A stretch of DNA of 40,000 nt, taken from the NCBI GenBank assembly GCA_023268615.1, contig JALQUC010000026.1, positions 1 through 40,000 of the forward strand, in the 5' to 3' direction. Position numbers and translations under genes: made by a program. Positions 29,352 through 39,882 of this stretch are shown here, piece by piece (positions within the stretch are counted from its first letter, which is position 1; each line of letters starts with the position of its first letter). This DNA comes from Candidatus Altimarinota bacterium (lineage in GTDB: Bacteria > Patescibacteriota > Gracilibacteria > BD1-5 > JAGOOR01). The notes beneath the pieces are model-generated. The model saw nothing but the letters and a program-made list of their open reading frames with translations, was not told where the DNA came from and made no database searches.

Positions 29352-29376
29352 AATAGAAACAGAAAAAATATCACGA

Positions 29377-30675
29377 ATGAAACTCTCCCTCTACCAATTC
29401 AAACATTATTTGGATAAGTCTCTCGAAATATCCGAGGACCTTCAAGTCGTCGTCGGTAATAACGGTTCTGGTAAATCCACTCTCTGTGAAGCACTGAGTA
29501 TTCTCGTGAATGCGAGTAATCCCCATCACACGAGTTGGGAAGAGAAAAACTCCTTTGCAAAGGAGCTGTTCGAGCTTGTCGAGGACTGAGGATTTTCTGA
29601 TACAAAATCCCCCTCTTTGAATTCTGCTCCTTCATCCCCCTTTACAAAGGGGGTTTGGGCTCTACGACTCGAACTGAGTGAAGTACTCTTTCAGTCGATT
29701 TTTGACGGTCAGAATTGTTCACCAAAATGGCATATGGATGAGTCATCGTGTTCAAAGCCAAAGTACGAAGACAAGATGCCGTATCGGGCTTTTTGGATAC
29801 AGAGTGATCATCTGCGTGTCATCTCAGGTGAACCAAGTGAACGGAGAAATTTCCTCGATGATATGCTCACATTTGCCAGTCCTGGATATGAGAAAATTCT
29901 ACGAAATTATCGTACAGCACTCACCTCTCGCAATCGTGTGATTCAGTCAATTCTGGACAAGGAAGCACGAAAGGAAGACCTCTCTTCCTGGAATACGCTT
30001 CTCGCAGAATACGCTGTGCAGGTCATCCGAGAACGAAGAACATTCTTCACATGGTTCAATTCTCCGTCATCCTCGGGCGACTGAGTGCAAGCGAAGCGTC
30101 GCGAAGAAGACCCGGGGATCCAGGTGAATAATTTACCATGAAATGGTTCTTATAATGTATCAGAGATGGATTCCACCTCGCGTCATTCGACAAGCTCATG
30201 ACTTGGCTGGAATGACGGGCAACAACTTTGAACTTTCCTACATCTCCCAGGTCCGGTCAGAATAGAGCTCTCGGAGCGACATACACTGGAAGAAGTAACC
30301 AAAGAAGCATTTCTGAAACTCCTCGCCGACTACACCGAACGAGACCTCGTGGTGGGTCGTACGACCGTAGGCCCTCATCTCGATGAGATTAGTTTTTCTG
30401 TGGAGATGTATAATGTCTGGCAATCAACCAAATATATCCTCTCTCGAGGAGAAAATAAAATTCTCCTCCTCGCCTTTATCCGACTCCTGGGGAAATATGT
30501 GGAGGAAAATTCCTGAAAAAAACCCTTCTTCCTGCTCGATGATGTCCTCTCCGAACTTGATGAAGATCACACACATATCCTCTGCCAGCTCTTCGCGGAT
30601 ACGACGACAATCATGACCACTCAGCCCAATCATACAGCGGGCCTACCCACTGATATTACCATGACGAAGTTGTAA
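29377..30675 (+). CDS. recF: DNA replication and repair protein RecF
   Basis: Walker A GNNGSGKSTL, SGEPSERRNFLDDML, GPHLDEISF, signature SRGENKILLLAF, Walker B FFLLDDVLSELD. One frame from 29377 to TAA 30673-30675 through seven TGA. 432 aa, longer than I expect for a RecF because of two repeat-derived segments. Confidence 0.85.
29568..29674. repeat. palindromic segment inside recF (CCCCCTTT-aca-AAGGGGG core, GTTCGAG/CTCGAAC ends)
   Basis: Outer inverted repeat GTTCGAG(29568-74)/CTCGAAC(29668-74), inner GTCG/CGAC, core hairpin CCCCCTTTACAAAGGGGG. Encodes ..GGFSDTKSPSLNSAPSSPFTKGVWAL.. just after the Walker A region. Confidence 0.4.
30064..30219. mobile_element. 156-bp composite palindromic element in frame inside recF
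   Basis: CCGTCATCC...GGGGATCCA, an AT-rich centre, then TGGATTCC..CGTCATTC..GGAATGACGG. Same GTCAT...ATCCA / TGGAT...ATGAC building blocks as 574-670 and 32431-32496. 52 codons, three TGA, no TAA/TAG. Confidence 0.55.
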
Positions 30676-30734
30676 TCATTGACAGGCATTATAAATGATT
30701 ATTATAACATGAAGATTATTTTGTAATATTTTCT

Positions 30735-31589
30735 ATGTCAGAAAGCCCCTCATCTGAAGTATTTAATGATGGTGTTGTCTTTTTGAAAAAAAGAGGCCGC
30801 AAGAATGTTACTTTTGAAGAAGTTTCATATGAAGAGGCTCTGGCTCATAATCCTCTAAGCAAAAGATCTCAGAAAAACTGGGAAAAAATGCAACAAAATA
30901 CAAAAGAAGTGAAAGAGTTAGAGTCTGAAATTGCTAGAAGAATCAGTTTTTTAAGCAAAGAAGGTGTTGAAGGCGAAGATATAACCATTGACCTTGAAGG
31001 CGTTGAAGATCCTTTCAGGAATAAAAGATTTGCAGCAGCATTCTGAACTATACATGCGACTGTAGACCTCCTAGATATGGTAGACCCCCAAAATGAACTG
31101 AACTATTGAACGATCTATGCCTGAAGTAATTACGGAATAGTAGCCCCAGAATATGTAGAATGACTCTCGGGAGATCCTAAAAAACTCTGGGAAAGTGCGA
31201 CACTGGAACAGTTCAAAGAAAATGGAAAATACAATCAGATAAGCCTGTTGGATGATGGAAGATTCTTCCTCACGATTATCAAGCCTGGTGCAGTAGAGAG
31301 TATACCATTACAGGTCGATCCACAATTTGTGGAGCCCATTCGAGAATATCTGAAAAAAAATCCACTTAACTGGGATAGCGCAAATGAAGGCTGGAAAAAT
31401 GGCTATAGTGAAATAGGTGGTGTCTATGAATTTTTCCGAGTTATTCCTTTGCTTCGAACCAGAGAAATATGGATAGATCTTAAGTGGCGCGGGCAACATA
31501 CCAATCCCGTTATTGAATGAGGTCCTTTTGGTATCAATGATAGTGCTGAGATATCAGTACAGCCAGTCTCCTACACTGAGACGGAATAA
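30735..31589 (+). CDS. hypothetical protein
   Basis: Track ORFs 30735..31046 and 31248..31520 share a frame joined by TGA. TAA stop at 31587-31589. No family recognised. Confidence 0.5.
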
Positions 31590-31598
31590 GAAATTATT

Positions 31599-31802
31599 AT
31601 GGAAAGTAATGAATCGTCTGAAATCTTGCCAGATGCAAATGGCTCAAAAAAACACATACCTTTCTTGCAGGGGCAGCTAGACAATTATTCTCTACTTCTC
31701 TGATGAGAAGTATCGGAGGAGGAGCGAAAAATTATTCAGGGCCGAAAGAATGCTGTCGATGCCCTCTTAAGATACCACCAAGAAGACACCAGATCTTGGT
31801 AA
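31599..31802 (+). CDS. small hypothetical protein (67 aa)
   Basis: ATG 31599, two adjacent TGA, TAA stop at 31800-31802. Tightly spaced after the preceding gene. Confidence 0.35.
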
Positions 31803-31845
31803 TTAAAAATAATTGTATCACAAGAAAAATCTCTACACTGATTTC

Positions 31846-32418
31846 ATGCACTCCCTCATTATCACCGCTCATCCGAGCTCTCACGGATTCACTCATGCTA
31901 TAGCACAGAGGTATAGAGAAACAAAGAAAAAAAACGGTCATACTGTCGAAATTCTTGATCTCTACAGGACAGATCTCAAAATGGGTTATCTCTCCTTTGA
32001 AGAAAAATCAGATATGAAAAAACCTGATGCAACGCGTGATGCAATTCAGGCAAAAATCACAGCAGCAGATGAGCTCGTGTTTGTCTTCCCTATCTGGCAT
32101 GTGAATATGCCCGCTATTTTGAAAAATTTCTTTGATACTATTTTTACTGGTGGATTTGCGTACCAATATACCAAGTGAACCTTTATTTTCCCCCTGAAGC
32201 TCCTCACAGGCAAAACAGCACGAGTTTTCTGTACCTGTGATGCATTTAGTTTTCTCTATTGGTTTTTAGGCAATCCTCTCTTTATGATACTGCGTTTTGG
32301 TGTACTGGGCTGGTGTGGAATCAAACTCAAGAGCTATACCAATTTTGGTCGGATGAGAAAACAAACACCAGAAACCTGTGAAAAAATGCTCCAGAAAGTC
32401 GCACGGATGGCTGGATAA
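31846..32418 (+). CDS. flavodoxin-like NAD(P)H dehydrogenase (quinone) / FMN reductase family
   Basis: MHSLIITAHPSSHGFTHAIA..., ADELVFVFPIWHVNMPAILKNFFD (Flavodoxin_2 signature). One TGA. TAA stop at 32416-32418. Confidence 0.7.
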
Positions 32419-32430
32419 TTTTTTATTGCA

Positions 32431-32496
32431 TGGATTGCTTCGTGCCTCGCAATGACGGAAGCCTGTCATTCCGAGAAGGTGCGACGAAGGAATCCA
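32431..32496. repeat. 66-bp intergenic palindromic element of the same family as 574-670
   Basis: TGGATTGCTTCGTGCCTCGCAATGACGG-aagc-CTGTCATTCCGAGAAGGTGCGACGAAGGAATCCA. Imperfect hairpin with ~30-nt arms, between the reductase stop and marR. Confidence 0.8.
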
Positions 32497-32575
32497 AGAA
32501 ATGAACACCCAAAAAAAGAGTAACAACCTCTTGCAAATAGTATTTTATGTCTAAACTATTCAGTAATAAAGTATT

Positions 32576-33046
32576 ATGATTTTTAATAAAAAAGCTAGGA
32601 TAACAGAGACACATGTGATGGATTTTTTTAAGTCCCTCATGGAAGCAAGTCATGCTGTTCATGTGTTTGTTGAAAAGGTATTTTTTGCACAGAGTGATAT
32701 CACGATGCTCCAGTTTGGTATCATCAAACAGCTCATCGCCAAGTGAGGAACCGTGGAGACAATGACAGATCTCTGGTGTGATCAGCACACCACGCGTGGG
32801 AATCTCTCAGGTATGATAGATCGCATGATCGATGCTGGTCTCGTGTCGAGAAAAGAAGATACAGCCGATCGAAGAAAAAAACATATCACACTGACCAAGC
32901 TTGGTCAGAAAAAACACGATGAAATAGAGGCTCTCATGCGAAAACATATCCCTGATTTTATCGACCATATCAAGGATATACCTCTCGTAGAGATGACAAA
33001 TTCTCTCCAGATGATTCGTGATATCCATATCAACGCTCTCAAATAA
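32576..33046 (+). CDS. MarR-family transcriptional regulator
   Basis: Winged-helix region ..ITMLQFGIIKQLIAK-G-GTVETMTDLWCDQHTTRGNLSGMIDRMIDAGLVSRKEDTADRRKKHITLTKLG. Alternative start at 32618. Immediately upstream of the efflux genes. Confidence 0.75.
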
Positions 33047-33055
33047 TTATTTTTT

Positions 33056-34879
33056 ATGAAATCTCGTACTATTGTCACCGTCGGGGCTATCATACTCGCC
33101 CTCATCATCGTCAGAAATATCCTGACGGGAAAAGAAACTCCGGCTCCAACAGAGTCAGTCAGGACCCCAAAAGTCGTCGAAACACAGCTCATCGGTCTCG
33201 GTGATTTCTCTGAACAAGTCTCTGTGATTGGTCGTGTCGCACCAATACGAGAGACAACTATTAGTACTCAGGCAACAGGATTTATCGGTTCAGTGCCCGT
33301 CGAGGCTGGAGACAGGGTCGTCGCTGGACAGATCCTGGCAACTATTGCAGATTCATACGGTCTCTCTGGGTATGCACTCGAGGAAGCAGAGATAGGGGTG
33401 ACAAGTGCTGGACTCACTCGAGACAACACTATCATATCTCTCGAACAGTCGCTCGAGAGTGCACGAATCAATCTCGAACGAGCACAGAAGGACTATGACT
33501 CTACGAAACTGTCTGGAGAAGAAGATACTGTACTCTCAAAGGCAGAACTCGACCTCCAAAATTACATCACGACACAAGAAAAAACACTTGCTGGATACGA
33601 AATCACCTATCAAAATCAACTCCAAAATTTCCAATCACTCATTGCCAATGTCATTGATACAACCGATATATTGGTGGGTGTTTCGGAGATAAATAAAAGT
33701 AGAAATGATACATTTGAGATGTTTCTCGGTGTCCGTGATTCTGCCCAAAAAACCCAAGCAGAACTCTCAATTCAGAGGCTTATTCCCTACAAAACATGGA
33801 CGCCAGATCCGACAAAGTCACTCACTGAACGAGTCCAGGAAATGCAAAAAGTCTATTTCATCGTCAATGATGTGCTCACGCAAGTAGAAACCATGCTCAT
33901 CAACACCATTACTGATTCAGCCAGATTTACTGATAGTGACCTGGCAGCCTATCGGTCAACTATAGATGGCTACCAGACTCAGTACAGTACGGTCTCTGGT
34001 GGTCTCGTCAGCTATCTCAATACAGCACAATCATTCCTCGCTACCTATGAGAAAGAGAGACTCTCTCGCGAGCAATGAGTCGCGATAACAGCAGAAAACA
34101 ATCGTAATGCTCTTGAACTCGCGAAGAAGGCCTACGAAGCAGCAAAAAAAGCACGAGACATCGGGGTCGCTCAAGCCGAACAGTCTGTAAATAGTGCCTC
34201 TCTGAGACTCCTCAATGCCTCAGGCAATGCTGCAAAACTGACTGTCACGGCACCATTTTCGGGCGTCATCATCGCACGAGGTGCTGAAGTGGGCAATCTC
34301 GCAAGTCCTGGAGCAAATCTCTTTACACTCGGAGATACCTCACAGCTCATCGTCACGGTCGACATCAGTGTCGAACAACAGAAATATCTGATTCTCGGTG
34401 ATGATATACCACTCTATTTCCGTGGTAAAAATATCATGGGTAAGCTCTCAAGTCTCTCAGCAGGACCAGATCCACAAACGCGTCTCTACCGTGCTGAGAT
34501 AGCTCTGACCTCATCACAGGGGCTCTCACTCGGTGACATAGTTGAAGTTGTTTTGCCATGAAAAACACTCACCATTGCCAATGAAAACTGACAAATTGTA
34601 CTCCCATTTTCGGTCATCAAAAATCTGGGTCAAGAAACATATGCAGTCTTTGTCTTTGTCCCTGATGAGACAAAAAAAGGTACCGGAACAGTCAGAGAGA
34701 GAATAGTCAAACTCGGTGAAACAAATGAAAATAGTGTGACAATAGCCGAATGACTCTCGCTCGGTGAGAGAGTCGTCAGAGTGGGCATGCTCGGTATCGA
34801 TGATGGCGATTATGTCCAGGACCCGGCGCTCGATGAAACTGAGGAAACAGCAGTGCCTGATGTCGAAGTTCGACAATAA
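33056..34879 (+). CDS. efflux periplasmic adaptor (HlyD/MFP family), unusually long coiled-coil
   Basis: N-terminal TM, lipoyl-like motif ..VEAGDRVVAGQILATI.., long helical region, then LTVTAPFSGVIIARGAEVGNLASPGANLFTLGD. Four TGA. TAA stop at 34877-34879. 607 aa. Confidence 0.75.
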
Positions 34880-34909
34880 TGAGTATTTTAATTGTGAATC
34901 TCTCCCCTC

Positions 34910-37900
34910 ATGTCCTCTGATAATAAATATCTCGAACAACTTACCTACAATCCGGAACTCGACAAATCGTGGTTCACCTTTTTCACGGACAAATTTCGAA
35001 TTATATTCCTACTCATCATCGTCATGGTGGTGGCTGGTATTATAGCGCTCCGTGGACTCCCTCTCGAGAGCACGCCAGAGGTCGATCTCGGCATCATCTC
35101 TATCGGTGTTTCCTTGCCTGGTGCGAGTCCAGCGAGTGTCGAGGACCTCATAATCAAAAAAATAGAAAAAGAGGTCAGCAAGGTACCAGATATAGACACG
35201 ATGACTTCGACATCTCAGAATAGTTTTGGTACTGTGGTGATCCAGTTCAAAAACGGTGTCGGTATAAATACAGCACTCCAGGAAGTAAAAGAAAAAGTCG
35301 ACATAGCAAAGAGGGATTTTCCCGAAGGAACCAAGGAGCCAACCGTGAGTGAAGTGAATTTTAGCGATACGCCTATCTGGATATTTTCTCTCTCTGGGAA
35401 CAAGACACCACTGGAACTCAATGAAATAGCGAAGGATATCCGTGAAGAACTCGAACGAATCCCCAATGTCTCATCTGTGAATATATCTGGTGGCGATACT
35501 GTCGAATATCGTGTCGACTATGACCCTGGAAAACTCGAATTTTATGGGATTTCTGCCGAGAAAGCAAACCAGGCAATTCAGGGCACAAATTTCACACTGC
35601 CTGTCGGAGACTATACCGTTGATTGATACAAACACACGATGAATATCGACAATCGATATTATAGCCTCTGAAGTCTCCAGAATATACCGGTAGAAAATGT
35701 CGGTGATCCAGGCATTCTCTTCCTCCGAGATATCGCTACTGTCACAGAATCTCCTATCAAGAGAGAGACAGAGTCTCGACTCTCGCTCGCAGGAGGAGAA
35801 CCAGTCCCAGCCGTGACACTCTCTGTTATCAAAAAATCAGGATGATCTATTATCGACCTTGTCGATAGTGGACAGGAGACTCTCCGGGCTATGCAAGAAT
35901 CAGGTGCTATACCTCCTGATGTCGTCGTACAGACAACGACAGACTTTTCTGAACAGATTCGTTCAGATCTCTCTGGATTGACGCGTGATTTTATCATTAC
36001 TCTCTTTCTCGTCTGTGGTACACTCCTGCTCTTCGTCGGACTCAAGCAGGCTATTGTCCCTACTCTGACTATACCGCTGGTATTTCTGCTCACTTTTGTC
36101 GTGCTCAAGCTCGCAGGACAGACACTCAATTTCCTGTCGATGTTCTCACTCGTCTTGTCTCTCGGACTCCTCGTCGATGATGCCATTCTCATTGTCACCG
36201 GATTTGACCAGTATTATAAATCCAACAAATTCACTCCGAGACAAGCCATGCTCCTCGCTCTCCGTGACCTCAAGTGGCCAGATGTTTCTACGACGATGAC
36301 AACGGCGTGGATATTTGCAGCTATGCTCTTCATGACTGGTATTATTGGTAAATTCATCTTTTCTATTCCATTTGTCATCCTCACGACGCTCCTCATATCG
36401 CTCGTCCTGTCGCTCACTATCGTCCCCTCTCTGATTATGTTTTTTCAGGGGAAAAATGTCCAAAAACACAAAAAAAATGAAAAGATAACCTTCTGGAATA
36501 AGAGCTTTATATCGTTTGCGCCTGCGATAAAAAAATATGACGAGGTCCTGAGTCACATACTCGAAACGAGAAAAAGACTCTGGAAAATACTGCTTCTCAT
36601 CATTGGTGTATTTATCGCTTCTATCATGCTACCCGTGACGGGACTCCTCAGAAGTGAATTCTTCCCAGCAGACAATCAGGATATCGTCTATGTAAATCTC
36701 ACGGCTGAGCCATGACAGAAACTCTCAACCACAAATGATCAGATAGTCGTCGTCGAAGATTTGCTTCGCAAGGAACCACCAGAGATAGTTGCCAGTTTCA
36801 CCACTACTGTTGGGCAAAAAATGTCGATGGACGACATGTGAGGCTCGTGAAATAGCTCGACCAATGTCGCGAGTATCACTATCAATCTCAAGAAAAAAGC
36901 TGACGGACGAGAAGAAACTTCTGTCGAATTTTCCGAACGACTCAGAAGTGCATTGAGGGAAATTCAGTTCCCAGGAGTGACTCTCGAGGTTGTCGAGCTC
37001 CAATGAGGACCTCCTGCAGGTGCAGATCTCGAGGTCAGAATTACGGGTGAAGATTTTGGCAAGCTCAACAAAATCCTCCGAGACATGAAGAAAATAGCCG
37101 AAACAATCCCTGGCACTATCAATGTGACAACCTCTGTCCAGCCAACTCCTCTCGAATTCTCATACAAGTTCGACACTCAGAAACTCGCCATACATGGTCT
37201 CTCACTCGCTCAGGTAGCCTCATTTTTAAAGCTCGCCGTCGATGGAGTCGAGGTGACGAAGATATTTCGTGGAACAGAGGAAATCACTGTCCGTGCACAA
37301 TATCTGCCTGAGACGATCGACACACTGTCAAAGATTCAAGGTCTCAAAATCATGAATAACCGCGGAGAATACATATTCCTCTGAGATATCATGGACAATA
37401 ATCTCGCTTCTTCTGTCGAATCTATCACTCGCATTGATCAAAAAAGATCCGTCACTCTCAAGGTCGGAGCTGATCAGACAACCAACGCTGCAGGTCTGTT
37501 AAAAGAATTCAATGCCCGTAGTGCCGAATATCAGAAAAACCTCAGAGAGACAAATCCGGGCTATGAATTTATCATCGGAGGAGTCAATGAAGAAAATGCC
37601 AAATCAGTCACATCCCTCCTCGTCGCTATGGTCTTTGGTATGATATTTGTGGTTGGAACTATCGTGTTGCAATTCAATTCGTACAAGCAGGCACTCTTTG
37701 TGCTCGCACCTATTCCGCTCTCTCTGATTGGTGTATTCTTCGGACTGACACTGAGTGGTTCAGTGCTGTCATTTCCATCGCTCATAGGTCTCGTCGCGTT
37801 GTTTGGTATGGTGATCAATAATTCTATCGTCCTCATTGATAAAATGAATGTAAATCGTGCCACCTGAATGAATATGCGAGAGGCTATTATTGATGCTGGT

Positions 37901-38089
37901 AAATCGAGATTTGAACCAATATTTCTCACATCATTTACCACGATTATGGGAAATATCCCTCTCGCTCTCATTCCTGGTACATGGCAACCTCTGGCCATCA
38001 CCCTCGTCGCAGGTCTGACCACCTCAGGCATACTCAGTCTCATAGTCGTCCCTGTTCTCTATGCTTTGTTTGTGAAGGAAACAAAGTAG
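34910..38089 (+). CDS. RND-family efflux permease (AcrB/HAE-like)
   Basis: Five track ORFs in one frame joined by TGA. 12-TM architecture with two large loops. LSLGLLVDDAILIV and ALFGMVINNSIVLID motifs. 1059 codons. TAG stop. Confidence 0.9.
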
Positions 38090-38125
38090 TCTCAATCGAA
38101 AATATATCATATCACAAGTCCGCTG

Positions 38126-38150
38126 TTTTTCTGTTACTTTTACTTTTTCT
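38126..38150 (+). repeat. pyrimidine-rich motif TTTTTCTGTTACTTTTACTTTTTCT (copy 2)
   Basis: Near-identical to 5535-5559. Lies 27-50 nt upstream of the HIT gene ATG. Confidence 0.8.
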
Positions 38151-38176
38151 CAAGAAAATAAGTCTATAATAGATGC

Positions 38177-38575
38177 ATGGTCTCTATTTTCACAAAAATT
38201 GTCCAAGGAGAAATACCCTCGTACAAGATCTACGAAGATGCCTATATCTACGCGTTTCTCTCAATTGAACCTTTTCGCATAGGTCATACTCTCGTGGTAC
38301 CAAAAGAGGAAATCTGAGATATACTCGACCTCCCCTCTGAGCTCTACCTGCACCTGATGGAAGTATCAAAAAATATCATCGCTCCTGCTATAAAAAAGGC
38401 AACTCTCGCGACTCGTATCGGATTTATGATAGAGTGATTCGGGATTACTGACCACGCTCATCTCCATCTCGTACCACTCTTCGCATCTGGAGATATGAAT
38501 CCTGCTCTCGCTCACCGAGAAAGTGAAGAAAATATGACCATGATATCCGCAAAAATTCAGTCCTATCTCCTCTAG
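38177..38575 (+). CDS. HIT-family nucleotide hydrolase/transferase
   Basis: [26 protein letters not shown], histidine triad DHAHLHLVP. Two TGA. TAG stop. Confidence 0.85.
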
Positions 38576-38596
38576 ATTTATTTACCATATTGTTCC

Positions 38597-39244
38597 ATGA
38601 AAAAATTCATCCTCATCTGTCTCTCTCTGGTCCTAATAGCCACAACAATGCACCTCTCTCTGCCAGCTTATGATGGACTACCGGGTGTAGCCTATAGGAT
38701 ACAGGGAAGAGTCGTCAGTGCCTATGCAAAGATAGTGCGCGATCCGGGTGCATGTGCACTGATACGATGACACTGGTGACGGTCAACTCGCAATAAACTC
38801 CGAGACCGTTGTGTCGAAGAATATATACAGCATGTTGTTCAAAAAAAATCTGACTGCCACATAGACGGTCTCGTCGCAGACATGAGTACACTTTCACGCT
38901 TTTGGCTCAGAGAAGAATATCGTTCTGTTTGTCTACTTCGACACTATCAGGCAATGCTTGGAAATTCCCTAACCGCTCAATGGCTCCCCCCTGTCTGTCT
39001 CGAGGCCCGCGACGGTCTCGTCGTCATGTCCCACTATCTCCAGGATATACGACGCTCTCGACTCAATAATGAAAAAACTACAATAACCCCACCTCTATCC
39101 CAACAGGATATTTCGGTGATAGATCAGTGTGAGTGATTCCTCGATACACCACAGATATATGCGTTTCTCCGTGATGATGCCTATACAGAGAGTGAGGCTA
39201 CCTACATAGAATCACAGAAATCAAGGGTATTCAAGTTTAGATAA
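38597..39244 (+). CDS. secreted Cys-rich hypothetical protein
   Basis: Signal-like N-terminus MKKFILICLSLVLIATT. Frame continuous with track ORF 38882..39136 through TGA. TAA stop at 39242-39244. Confidence 0.45.
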
Positions 39245-39839
39245 TTCCTCCAGCCTTGTTAAACTGAACATTGTCAGCCGTGAGCTGACTCATACGGTCA
39301 TAATTACTGGTCGCTATATCGACTTTGCTGGTTCATTTTCCTTCAAATGCTCACCCAGTATCCACGACTCGAAAAGGAATGCCTGGATAAGCAGGACTCG
39401 TCAGATTGGTACCATAGGAGTAGGCACCAGAATCCATCGCCACGGCGACATAATCATCAGGTCAGAGACGACCAGATTTCATCTTTTGTTCAACAGCATC
39501 AATAGTATGATCTGGCCATATGAGATTCCCTTCACGATCTTTGTCCCCACCTTCCATCTTGGCTGCAGTTTCTCACTTTTGTGCTTTTGCTTGATCCTCA
39601 GGTGCTGGCCAGTATCCTGTCGTTTTGGTCGTGAAAGAATTTGGACCAGATTCGCCGAGATTTCCAGGGAAAACACCTGGTCATAGATTGATGTTGAGCT
39701 CTTTTTCTGCTGCAGACCGGTCAATTCTGCCGTTTCCTACCTGATGAGGCGGTCTCCATTCAGGCGTATTGGAAGAATTGTCTGCATTATGTGTGTTTGA
39801 CGACTCTGGAAGTCCTGGATTTTCGTGATTGCGTACCAT
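39237..39839 (-). CDS. 3D-domain (MltA/RlpA-like) cell-wall-active protein
   Basis: Minus frame ATG 39839 to TAA 39237-39239 through five TGA. C-terminal ..DYVAVAMD..PGIPFRVVDTG-G-AFEGK-G-TSKVDIA resembles the 3D-domain signature (D.GGAI.G..IDI). Confidence 0.6.
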
Positions 39840-39846
39840 AAAGAAA

Positions 39847-39882
39847 AAAGTTAAGCCGCCATTTAAAGTTAAGCCGCCATTT
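39847..39882. repeat. 18-bp tandem duplication AAAGTTAAGCCGCCATTT x2
   Basis: Two identical adjacent copies. The inner copy contains the stop codon region of the upstream minus-strand gene. Confidence 0.9.

Noticed and set aside
30064-30219. The recF insertion as an intein or a self-splicing intron.
   Set aside because: At 156 nt it is far too short for an intein or a group I/II intron, and it lacks their conserved motifs. It is built from the same palindromic modules as an intergenic repeat.
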